This document shows, piece after piece, positions 46,860-54,924 of a DNA stretch of 64,000 nt; the stretch's first letter is position 1, and the number at the start of each line of letters is the position of its first letter. The notes below the pieces were generated by a model, which made no database searches, was not told the origin of the DNA, and worked only from the letters and a program-made list of their open reading frames with translations. The translations under genes were made by a program, and so were the position numbers. The stretch is from a virus: IMG/VR virus record IMGVR_UViG_3300037258_000375, positions 41,299 through 105,298 of that record. One strand, given 5' to 3'.

Positions 46860-47099
46860 TCACGACGACATCCCAATTCCTACTCTCACATCGGGCAGTT
46901 TGCGCAAATTCTCAGCAGCATTCACGGCCTGCGCAGCGTCCTCGTAGCGGAAGACAAGATCACGGGTATAAGTGCCCGAGAGCATACAGCCGGAGTCACA
47001 CTTCACTGGGCCATCAGGCACGTAACCGGCAGCTACGAAGATCGCTTCATCGGTCGCACTCTTGATGCCGCCGTCGTACTCGACAATTACGTTGTGCAT
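46860..47099 (-). CDS. small hypothetical protein
   Basis: GGGAG RBS. Confidence 0.55.
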   Translation of the reverse strand: MHNVIVEYDGGIKSATDEAIFVAAGYVPDGPVKCDSGCMLSGTYTRDLVFRYEDAAQAVNAAENLRKLPDVRVGIGMSS

Positions 47100-47117
47100 G
47101 AAGACTCCCGGAGAGAT

Positions 47118-47192
47118 TGGTAGAGCGTGCGGGACTCGAACCCGCGTCTTAGCCTTGAAAGAGCCATGTCCTAGCCGCTAGACGAACACTCC
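47118..47192 (-). tRNA. tRNA-Glu(UUC)
   Basis: loop CUUUCAA; CCA. Confidence 0.87.
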
Positions 47193-47398
47193 ACAACTTA
47201 CTCTTCTTTGTTTAAGGCATCAAGCGCCTTCGACGGAGCCTGCTTGATCCTCAAACGGAATCTGCACCATGCCTCGAATGCGCTACCGGCCATCAGCATA
47301 ATAAACTCGGCACCGATGCAGATGAACATCAAATCAATGAGGCCGTTAAAGAGCCATTTCTGGAAATAAGATACGTCCATGCTTCACCCCCGTGAACT

Positions 47399-47473
47399 TG
47401 GTAGGGAGTACGGGAATCGAACCCGTGTGGCAAGATTGAGAATCTTGCATCCTAGCCGCTAGATGAACTCCCC
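47399..47473 (-). tRNA. tRNA-Glu(CUC)
   Basis: loop UUCUCAA; CCA. Confidence 0.9.
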
Positions 47474-47689
47474 AAAAATCAGGCAGAACCAGTATATCCC
47501 GAACCTGCACTTGTAATCACAACGGAAGCAATCCGGCCATTCGCATTGAGGGTTACCTCGGTCCCAACCCGGCGAGCCTCCCAGGCACGAGCCGATCTCA
47601 GAAAGATATTCCGGATCAGAGCCGCTTTCCGCCGCCTCTGAATCCGCGCCAAGACCTTCTTGCGCTTGTGCTTCTTTTTGCGATTCTCG

Positions 47690-48050
47690 GGCATAAAAAT
47701 CGAGGCCGGGTATTGCTTTGCATGGAACCCGGCGAACCACGGATAGCTGTTTTTAGGCAGCCATCGGCAACGCATTATCCTCAGCGTTTATTGGTCTGCA
47801 TCCCTTTTGCGGGCGGTAGCAGGGTTCCCGGCACGAAGCTGGAGTTCATTGATCTCGTCGAAACCTTGACGCCCCCACCAAGAAACACTGATTGAGAAAT
47901 GTCTAGCCTGTCCACGAAGCTTTTTGACCAGCTTCGCCCTCGTAGCGCCGGAATCGAACCGACGACGCAATTAGTGCTTCTTGGTGGAGGCGGCGGGAGT
48001 CGAACCCGCGTCCGAAATCAACTTCCTTCAGTGTTGACGTGCGTAACTCA
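47690..48050 (-). ncRNA. ssrA: circularly permuted (two-piece) tmRNA, tag (A)AEDNALPMAA*
   Basis: acceptor piece ending GGUUCGACUCCCGCCGCCUCCACCA (47982) precedes 5' piece GGGGGCG..UUCGAC (47876); G3-U pair; tag at 47785-47753; outer ends approximate. Confidence 0.88.
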
Positions 48051-48075
48051 AATACTGCTCTCCTTTTCTTGAAAA

Positions 48076-48618
48076 TCATTGGACTTGAATATACACCGTC
48101 TTGTCTTCTGACGGGACGATTAAAAAGCTCCGGTCTGGTAAATCCGGAATCCCATGGATCAATCGCTGTCGTAGGGATTCGTGATGTACCCCATAATTCT
48201 TAGCTACCGACCGCATGGACTCACCAGACCTGATCCGCTCTCTCGCGATAGCAAGCTGGTCTTCTGAAAATCTCCTGGTCACCTCGCGTCTTCTGCGCCC
48301 ACGCGCCGGGTCATACGAGGTAATCGCTTTATCTATCTGCGATTGGCGACGAATCGACATCAATGGCCTGAGCAACTGCATCATCTGCAATATCCTCAAG
48401 CCGCCAATGTTGACAACCCAGGAATCTTTCCACTGAGGCTTACGCTTTTTCTTTCGAACTTTGTGATACTTCGCGTTTAACAACCTTGCGATTCGCGCGA
48501 TCACATCTTCATCTGTCATATTGCATGATATGCGTGGGCAATTTGGCTTAGAAGGAGGGCTACATAGAAATGACCCCTCCCCTTCAAGAATGCCAGCAAG
48601 CCAATGAAGATCATGCAT
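48076..48618 (-). CDS. LAGLIDADG-family homing endonuclease
   Basis: WLAGILEGEGSF, MTDEDVI; C-terminal HTH. Confidence 0.85.
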   Translation of the reverse strand: MHDLHWLAGILEGEGSFLCSPPSKPNCPRISCNMTDEDVIARIARLLNAKYHKVRKKKRKPQWKDSWVVNIGGLRILQMMQLLRPLMSIRRQSQIDKAITSYDPARGRRRREVTRRFSEDQLAIARERIRSGESMRSVAKNYGVHHESLRQRLIHGIPDLPDRSFLIVPSEDKTVYIQVQ

Positions 48619-48626
48619 CAAAATTA

Positions 48627-48702
48627 TGGCGCGACCGACCGGGGTTGAACCGGCGACCTCTTGATCGACAATCAAGCGCTTTTCCATCTAAGCTACGGTC
48701 GC
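48627..48702 (-). tRNA. tRNA-Asp(GUC)
   Basis: loop UUGUCGA; CCA. Confidence 0.88.
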
Positions 48703-48706
48703 GTGT

Positions 48707-48794
48707 GCCCAAATAGGTTCAAGCTTTCGCCGCTCCAATATGCGTTCGCGGAAACGCCTAAGCGCTCCAGACCCTACTAGCATTACCCTTGGGC
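48707..48794 (-). ncRNA. unknown structured RNA between tRNAs
   Basis: GCCCAA/UUGGGC closing stem; fills the whole spacer. Confidence 0.4.
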
Positions 48795-48799
48795 TTAAT

Positions 48800-48876
48800 T
48801 GGTTGCGGGCGCACGCTCCGACCGTGCCGATGTGGTGGTTATGAGCCACCCGAGACGCCTTTTCTCCATGCCCGCG
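48800..48876 (-). tRNA. initiator-like tRNA-Met(CAU)
   Basis: C1:A72 mismatch; loop CUCAUAA; atypical T loop; CCA. Confidence 0.75.
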
Positions 48877-48882
48877 TTTCAT

Positions 48883-48911
48883 AATGTACCACGGAATGGG
48901 AATGCGCGCAA
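48883..48911 (-). promoter_or_regulatory. promoter of fMet-Asp-tmRNA-Glu operon
   Basis: TTGCGC-17 bp-(TGG)TACATT. Confidence 0.7.
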
Positions 48912-48912
48912 A

Positions 48913-49407
48913 TTACTCCAGCCCTGGACCCTGGGACAGATCGAGCGCTTCGCCTCCCGCGCGACGCTGAATGCCGTACTTGCTGAAATCGATGTGCCAC
49001 GATGGCCATCCCTTCTCAATGCGCTCCAATGCTCCAGCCCATGCAGCTTCCATCGTGTCGTAGAACGTTTGGCTCGCACTCACGACAAGATAGCTACCGC
49101 CTTGGACGTTTGGCGGGATTTCTTCGCCGAGGATGACAAATCCAAGTTGTCCGATTTGCTTTGCATGGGCTTGTGGAAAGTCATTTGCTACTCGGTTTGC
49201 AGCCGCGATGGACAGCTTTTGTTTGACAAAGTCTGGATCACAAACGTGAGGATGCCACTCAGTGTTGGGATAGATGGAACCTTGAGGATTGGTGAACGCG
49301 GTGCCGCCCCACTCAGTACCCATTTTGACGATTAGGATACCGCAGTTCGGGCAATCGTGGGGACCGTAGTAGACGATCCTAGAGTTACGAAAGGTGATGG
49401 GTGACAT
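48913..49407 (-). CDS. hypothetical protein
   Basis: AGGAG RBS; CPNCG..H.C. Confidence 0.6.
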   Translation of the reverse strand: MSPITFRNSRIVYYGPHDCPNCGILIVKMGTEWGGTAFTNPQGSIYPNTEWHPHVCDPDFVKQKLSIAAANRVANDFPQAHAKQIGQLGFVILGEEIPPNVQGGSYLVVSASQTFYDTMEAAWAGALERIEKGWPSWHIDFSKYGIQRRAGGEALDLSQGPGLE

Positions 49408-49608
49408 AGATTTTCTCCTGCGTAAGTAGTTCCGCTTTCACGGAATGACAGGAGTCTAGCACAAAAGGAAAGACCCCGCCGAAGCGAGGCCGTTCCTTTG
49501 CCCAATAGGTTGTAGCTACCTAACCGGATCAGTCGTTTGTGTCGTTGTCCATCCCCATTTTCTGCCGGGTTGACCGACCCTTCTGCGAATCATTCTATCA
49601 CGTATTTT

Positions 49609-50805
49609 CTACGTCTCAAGAATTTTCCCGATCTTTACGGCGGTCGGATGGTCGCCGATCTCCAGCGAGATCGAGGATGAATCCGTCATCGTCAGCGGAC
49701 CTTCTTGAGCGAATGGTTCATAGACGGCGACATAGCAATTCGACGGCAGCGTGAGGATCACTGAGACATTCGGATTGGTGATGTCCGTGTTCGTCGTCAA
49801 GTTGTAGCAGCTAATCTCCTGCCACAAGAACAATAGCCATGTGCCGTCCGATTGTTGGAGTAGAAGGCTCGAAACAGATGCACCGCTTAACGTATAATTC
49901 AACGCGGTCAAGGCCGGACTCGTGTTGGTCGGAAGCAGTGTGAGCAAGTTTCTCACTGCTCGATATACTGGCTTCACGGTACCATCCCAGCGGATCATGC
50001 CCCAGGCATAGGTCGCATTCGTGAGAGTGGGATCGCTGCCTTCGTCCTGCAACTCGTAGAGATAAGTACGCACGATACCGCGTGAGAAGTTGTTGAGCAG
50101 CAAACGCAGTATGTACTTCGCGGCGGCGATCTCGGAGACTCCGGGCTGTCCACCTGTCTGGTGAATCGCGTTGTGATATCCACTCTCGGTTGCCATGATC
50201 GGCTTGGTTCCGTTAATGGCTTCGAGTTGTGTCGGCTGGGCTGGAGTGCTCGTAAAGCCGACCGTGGGCATGTTTCCAGCCGGGTAGTAGTGCCAGTTCC
50301 CGAAATCGCACTCCATTAGACCCGCCGCCGCAGCGCTTGAAGGATATGCCATCGAAGGAGCGATTACCGGCATCGCAATGCCCTGAGCCATGGTCTTGGC
50401 GAATCCATATAGCGGGGTCTGGTAGGCAGCGAGTACGGCTGGCCAGTTCGCTTCACCGCTCACGTCCATCTCGTTCGGGCCTTCGAGGCATTCGATGCTC
50501 ATTCCGCTCTTCCAATAGAACTGGTTCAATAGGTCGGCGGTGAGTGTACCGAGGTCTGAGCGCGGATCGACGACCGCATCGAACGAGATGCCCTGCCTTG
50601 CGATGAGTGTCCAGGTTGTGAAGAGTGTGTTGTCGTAGTCGTCGTTCAACGTGTGAAGGCCATCTCGCACGTGGACCAGACCGAGGGCCTTGAGTTGTGT
50701 CGCTACGAGAAGAGCATTCCCATAATTCAGATTGAAGTAGTTTAAGTGTGTGTTGACGCCAACACTCTGGAAGAGCGCGGTAGAAGTGGAAAACGGAACC
50801 GGCAT
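49609..50805 (-). CDS. clan GH-A glycoside hydrolase-like protein
   Basis: GVNTH, LG..HVRD, EGPNE, H.Y, ATESGY, YLYEL.D, WG....DG..KP. Confidence 0.8.
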   Translation of the reverse strand: MPVPFSTSTALFQSVGVNTHLNYFNLNYGNALLVATQLKALGLVHVRDGLHTLNDDYDNTLFTTWTLIARQGISFDAVVDPRSDLGTLTADLLNQFYWKSGMSIECLEGPNEMDVSGEANWPAVLAAYQTPLYGFAKTMAQGIAMPVIAPSMAYPSSAAAAGLMECDFGNWHYYPAGNMPTVGFTSTPAQPTQLEAINGTKPIMATESGYHNAIHQTGGQPGVSEIAAAKYILRLLLNNFSRGIVRTYLYELQDEGSDPTLTNATYAWGMIRWDGTVKPVYRAVRNLLTLLPTNTSPALTALNYTLSGASVSSLLLQQSDGTWLLFLWQEISCYNLTTNTDITNPNVSVILTLPSNCYVAVYEPFAQEGPLTMTDSSSISLEIGDHPTAVKIGKILET

Positions 50806-50837
50806 AGGTCACCTCCGATGCCGGTGATTATAGCTTA

Positions 50838-50928
50838 TGGTGCGTCGGACAGGATTCGAACCTGCAATGTCATCAAAGATGATCCAGATTTACAGTCTGG
50901 TAGTGTCCACCGTCTCACCAGCCGACGC
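50838..50928 (-). tRNA. tRNA-Tyr(GUA)
   Basis: loop CUGUAAA; long variable arm; CCA. Confidence 0.9.
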
Positions 50929-51390
50929 ATCTCTTAATCTTGTTTTGTAATTCGCTTTATTCCTTGCTTTGCTTCTGCAAAACTTACATTCGGTCTGAAG
51001 GCCGCGTCGTTTATGTTTATTCTTCGTAAAATGTCCAACCGGAGCAAAATGTTCACCAAGACAGCACCATGCCATTCCCGGAGGATCAACTACTCGCAGG
51101 TGCGCCTGCGAGTCTAAGACTTTACGTTCTCGCAGTGTCTTTTCCAGATGACAACGATGGCACCGCACCCTACATTTTGCTAATTCAATTGTTCTTTTTC
51201 TTTCTCCCCAACTCCAGATCGCAGAACTGATTTTTGTTTTTGGATTGTTGTGATCTAGCTCAAGATTGTCCCATGATCTACAGTCAGTGCAAGGGCCATT
51301 TTCTACGAACCATTTCCGTCGTCTCTTCTTTACGACTTCTTCGTACCACCGCTTCTGCGCGGCGCGCTGTTTTTCAATATCTCTCGCCAT
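50890..51390 (-). CDS. HNH endonuclease inside tRNA cluster, leaderless
   Basis: C..C....LELDH..P..K..EL.KC...C..CH; TATAAT six nt before ATG. Confidence 0.85.
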   Translation of the reverse strand: MARDIEKQRAAQKRWYEEVVKKRRRKWFVENGPCTDCRSWDNLELDHNNPKTKISSAIWSWGERKRTIELAKCRVRCHRCHLEKTLRERKVLDSQAHLRVVDPPGMAWCCLGEHFAPVGHFTKNKHKRRGLQTECKFCRSKARNKANYKTRLRDASAGETVDTTRL

Positions 51391-51432
51391 ATTGTCATTA
51401 TAACAAAACTGGCGGATACTTAACGAACTAAC

Positions 51433-51525
51433 TGGAGGAAGCGGCGAGATTCCAACTCGCGGTGCCGATCTCTCGGACACTCCCGTTTTCAAAACGGGTG
51501 GTTTAACGCACTCACCCACGCTTCC
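51433..51525 (-). tRNA. tRNA-Ser(UGA)
   Basis: loop UUUGAAA; long variable arm; T loop UUGGAAU. Confidence 0.87.
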
Positions 51526-51530
51526 AAACT

Positions 51531-51617
51531 TGGCGGTAGCGACAGGAGTTCAACCTGCAAAGGCTTTCACCTTGTCCCGTTTCGAGCGGGGTGGGCCTAG
51601 CAATGCCCAACGCTACC
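51531..51617 (-). tRNA. tRNA-Ser(CGA)
   Basis: loop CUCGAAA; long variable arm. Confidence 0.87.
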
Positions 51618-51618
51618 G

Positions 51619-51705
51619 TGGCGGGAAGCAGACCACTCGAAGGCCACTCCTTGCGGAGCCATTCGGTTTCCAACCGATGCCGCAGACCTCTGCGGTTTAC
51701 TTCCC
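51619..51705 (-). tRNA. tRNA-Ser(GGA)
   Basis: loop UUGGAAA; long variable arm. Confidence 0.85.
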
Positions 51706-51709
51706 TAAT

Positions 51710-51796
51710 TGGCGGAGAGCCGAGAACACGATTCCCAAACCCGAAGGTTCCATCTGTTTAGCAAACAGCGCCGTCAGCCTCAACGGTTGACTCTCC
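51710..51796 (-). tRNA. tRNA-Ser(GCU)
   Basis: loop UUGCUAA; long variable arm. Confidence 0.85.
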
Positions 51797-51803
51797 ATAC
51801 AAC

Positions 51804-51881
51804 TGGTGCTCCCGGTCGGATTCGAACCGACACTGTCTTCGTTTTGAATGAAGCGCCTCCTGCCGATTGGGCTACGAGAGC
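51804..51881 (-). tRNA. tRNA-Leu(CAA)
   Basis: loop UUCAAAA; short variable arm. Confidence 0.88.
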
Positions 51882-51883
51882 AT

Positions 51884-51962
51884 TGGTGCCTGCGAGGGGA
51901 TTCGAACCCATACTGTTCTGATCCTAAGTCAGACGCCTCCTGCCAAATTGGGCTACGCAGGC
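51884..51962 (-). tRNA. tRNA-Leu(UAG)
   Basis: loop CUUAGGA; short variable arm. Confidence 0.88.
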
Positions 51963-51971
51963 ACATAAAAC

Positions 51972-52049
51972 TGGTACACGGGGTGAGATTTGAACTCACA
52001 CTGCCACGCCCCTCAAGCGTGTGCCTCCTGCCGTTTGGGCTACCCGTGC
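51972..52049 (-). tRNA. tRNA-Leu(GAG)
   Basis: loop UUGAGGG; short variable arm. Confidence 0.88.
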
Positions 52050-52193
52050 ATGGTACTCCGGATGGGATTTGAACCCACACTAACACGGACCTGAACCGTG
52101 TGCCTCCTGCCGTTTGGGCTACCCGTGCATGGTACTCCGGATGGGATTTGAACCCACACTAACACGGACCTGAACCGTGTGCCTCCTGCCGTT
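52018..52193. repeat. 79-bp perfect tandem duplication
   Basis: unit starts recur at 52018, 52097 and 52176. Confidence 0.9.
52051..52128 (-). tRNA. chimeric tRNA-Leu(CAG) from tandem duplication, mismatched acceptor
   Basis: 5' half from Leu(GAG), 3' half from Leu(CAG). Confidence 0.65.
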
Positions 52194-52206
52194 GGGCTAC
52201 CGGAGC
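52130..52206 (-). tRNA. tRNA-Leu(CAG)
   Basis: loop UUCAGGU; CCA. Confidence 0.88.
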
Positions 52207-52216
52207 AAATTAAATT

Positions 52217-52293
52217 TGGACAGCCGAGGGAGAATCGAACTCCCGCATGATCTGATCTGCAATCAGACGCCTTACCGTCTTGGCTATCGGCTG
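52217..52293 (-). tRNA. tRNA-Cys(GCA)
   Basis: loop UUGCAGA; U73-CCA. Confidence 0.9.
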
Positions 52294-52294
52294 T

Positions 52295-52371
52295 TGGTAC
52301 CCGTCGAGGGATTCCAACCCCCATCCAAGCCGTCTTAAGCGACTCCGCTCTTGCAATTGGCGTACACGGGC
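52295..52371 (-). tRNA. tRNA-Leu(UAA)
   Basis: loop CUUAAGA; T loop UUGGAAU; CCA. Confidence 0.82.
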
Positions 52372-52378
52372 ACAAACT

Positions 52379-52404
52379 AAAAACCCCCCGAATCATCGGA
52401 GGGC
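52379..52404 (-). terminator. intrinsic terminator of attenuator 2
   Basis: GCCCUCCGA-UGAU-UCGGGGGGU followed by UUUU. Confidence 0.85.
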
Positions 52405-52430
52405 TGGAAACTTTCGACCGTGCTCAGTCG

Positions 52431-52493
52431 CTAGTCAACCCAACCCTCAGAAGAGGAGAGATACAGGCACGAACTGAGTGACAAGGTCTTCAC
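52431..52493 (-). CDS. leaderless attenuator leader peptide MKTLSLSSCLYLSSSEGWVD
   Basis: 12 consecutive Leu/Ser/Cys/Tyr codons; overlaps antiterminator GAGGGUUGG. Confidence 0.82.
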   Translation of the reverse strand: MKTLSLSSCLYLSSSEGWVD

Positions 52494-52500
52494 GAAAATG

Positions 52501-52529
52501 ATGCTCTCACAAATCTATTTTGCTGTCAA
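52501..52529 (-). promoter_or_regulatory. promoter of Leu/Ser/Cys/Tyr tRNA operon
   Basis: TTGACA-17 bp-(TG.)GAGCAT, 7 nt before GTG. Confidence 0.65.
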
Positions 52530-52958
52530 CGCCAATTTTCTGCGCTCCAGCCATTGCTCAAGAGTCAAGCCGCCTGGATGGTCCGGATCGTAATGCATCC
52601 ATACAGTCCATCCTCCTTTGGCTTTTTCGGGAAATGGGTGGCACGGGCATTCCGGCGAGAGTATATGCAGACATGACGGAACACGCTGTCCATCTATCTC
52701 GATCAAAGGAACCACGTGATTACATCCGGTGCCGTCGTCATCCTCACTGCGAACAACGCCCCAATGTTGCATCACTGCACCTGTGGCACTCTCGTCCTTG
52801 AATTCGGCGGCGGCGGCGGCGGACCCGGAATTTCATGCACATGCACATCGTGGCCCGCGTAGCGAAGATCGCCGAGCTTGCGTTTACATGCCTGCCCCTC
52901 GTCTGCGCCGCAGCAAGGGCACCAGAGGGATAACCGATTGGGTACGTACCGGGAGTGT

Positions 52959-53210
52959 TCATCCATTTTGTTTTTTCGCCTTCGTCAGTTCATCGAGTGC
53001 CTGCACCAAATCTTCCATCGAGACCGGCTCAGAATCTTCGGCAAGATAGGCGTCGATCTCTGTCTCTGCTTCCTCGCCGGAACAGTTGACGACGTGACCT
53101 TCAAGCGCGCTCTGTCCCACAAAGAAAACACTGCACGTGTTGTCGTCGATATCCTTGATTGCCGTGACATACTGTGCAGCGATTCGGAAGCCTTTGACCA
53201 AGTGCAGCAT
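52959..53210 (-). CDS. small acidic hypothetical protein
   Basis: coupled to downstream small ORFs. Confidence 0.5.
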   Translation of the reverse strand: MLHLVKGFRIAAQYVTAIKDIDDNTCSVFFVGQSALEGHVVNCSGEEAETEIDAYLAEDSEPVSMEDLVQALDELTKAKKQNG

Positions 53211-53261
53211 GATGCCAATCTACACCCAGCGGTCACGGTCGGCAATGATTTTGGTGATACC

Positions 53262-53642
53262 ATGGCTCCGATGCCGCAAGAATCAAAAGCTGAAAGAGAA
53301 GCGTGGACCGCACTTGTCGAAGGCCGCGCGCCCAAGAAAGAACCGAAGTACCACAATGAACGTAAGGGCAAATACGCCTCTGGCTACGAGGCCGAGGTCG
53401 CGGCCAAGCTCTGGACACTTCTCGAAGCTGGCAAGATCGAGGGGCTCCGCGAGCAAGTTCCCTTCGAGCTTGTGCCGCGTCGCGGCAAGATGGGGCCGGT
53501 GATCTACGTCGCTGATTTCACGTTTTACGAGGACGGGAAGTGGCGCGTCTGCGACGCAAAAGGTTTCGCGCACAATCGGGTTTACATGCTCAAAAAACGG
53601 ATGATGTACCTCGTCCACGAGATCGAGATTGAGGAACTGTAA
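53262..53642 (+). CDS. DUF1064-family endonuclease
   Basis: KY.N, S..EA, L.EQV.FEL, YVADF.F, DAKG, Y.LKK.MM. Confidence 0.85.
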   Translation: MAPMPQESKAEREAWTALVEGRAPKKEPKYHNERKGKYASGYEAEVAAKLWTLLEAGKIEGLREQVPFELVPRRGKMGPVIYVADFTFYEDGKWRVCDAKGFAHNRVYMLKKRMMYLVHEIEIEEL

Positions 53643-53685
53643 TTTCTCCTTGCGTTCGCCGATACTCTGCGCTAGTCTCTTCTGC

Positions 53686-54924
53686 ATGGCCGCAATTAAA
53701 CCACTTCTCATTATTTCAGATGCAGTCTCGGCCCCTACAGGGCTCGCCCGGATCACCCGCGATCTCTCAACACGTATTCACCAGAATCTCAAGGATGTTT
53801 ACCGTGTCGCCACGTTTGGGTACGGCGCGCCCGGATCATGCAGGTTCGGTTTTACACAATACGCTGCGAATGACGTTGACAACTTCGTTTTGGGTCAGTT
53901 GCCCGAGGTGTGGCATGACTTCGCCGGACAGGAGCAAGGGGTCGTGCTGTGCATTTGGGACCCGAGCCGCCTCGGCTGGCTCTCCACACCACATACGAGT
54001 GACTTCCTCAAAGATTTGAAGTATCAGGCTCTCCGGGTCTGGCTCGAACGCGCTCCTTTTAAGAAATGGATTTACGCCCCCGTAGATGCGGAAGGACCGA
54101 ATAACCGGCTTACTTTTTCGATCATGAAGTCGCTGTTTGGATTCGACCGCATTCTTGCCTATAGCGCGTGGGGAGCGGGAGTGATCGAACGCACGATGAG
54201 TACAGGCGAGGCACGCAGTCGCAACCTCACTTCACTACCTCACGGAATCGATGGAGGCGTGTTCTCTCCATCTCCGGATCGTTCTCTGGCACGCTCTGTG
54301 TTTAACAGCATCACGGGAGCGACATCGATCATTACGAAATACAAAGAGATCGAGGCAGACGAGGTGCTCGTCGGCATCGTCGCAACCAACCAAGCACGCA
54401 AGGATTGGGCACTCGGTATCGAGACCGCCGCGATACTGTCAAAAGAGATGAAGGTGCGGTTGTGGATTCACACGGACGCCCTAGCGCGCAACTGGGATAT
54501 TCTCGGCCTTCTTATCGATCATGGGATGCTCGGAGAGCAGACTGTCTTGTCGAGCGGGTACATCGCGGATGAACAAATGGCCGAGGCTTATTCTGCTTGC
54601 GATGTCACTTTGGGTATCGGACCGGAAGGTTTTGGCTATCCGATTTTCGAATCGATCTTCTGCGGAACTCCATGCGTCCACGGTAACTACGGCGGCGCTC
54701 CAGAACTCCTGACACCTGAGCTTTTAGTGACACCCATCGCCTTCCATAAAGAGGGACCTTATTCATCGAAGCGGCCCGTCTATGCTCCGGAGGATTTCGC
54801 CGCCGCAGTTAGAGGCGTAATCGGGAAGCGCGCCAGTCATAACGCTCAACTCGATTGGAAGCACCTATGGCCGCGTTGGGAAGCGTGGTTCCGGCAGGCT
54901 GCCGGTGATCTGGAGGAAGCGTGA
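53686..54924 (+). CDS. GT-B (GT4-like) glycosyltransferase, leaderless
   Basis: TGLAR, PHGID..F, NQ.RK, Y.ACDV, EGFGYPIFES..CGTP.V. Confidence 0.88.
   Translation: MAAIKPLLIISDAVSAPTGLARITRDLSTRIHQNLKDVYRVATFGYGAPGSCRFGFTQYAANDVDNFVLGQLPEVWHDFAGQEQGVVLCIWDPSRLGWLSTPHTSDFLKDLKYQALRVWLERAPFKKWIYAPVDAEGPNNRLTFSIMKSLFGFDRILAYSAWGAGVIERTMSTGEARSRNLTSLPHGIDGGVFSPSPDRSLARSVFNSITGATSIITKYKEIEADEVLVGIVATNQARKDWALGIETAAILSKEMKVRLWIHTDALARNWDILGLLIDHGMLGEQTVLSSGYIADEQMAEAYSACDVTLGIGPEGFGYPIFESIFCGTPCVHGNYGGAPELLTPELLVTPIAFHKEGPYSSKRPVYAPEDFAAAVRGVIGKRASHNAQLDWKHLWPRWEAWFRQAAGDLEEA

Noticed and set aside
39070-51390. Group I introns carrying the endonucleases
   Set aside because: No group I core recognised; the endonucleases are free-standing with their own promoters, and the flanking tRNAs are intact.
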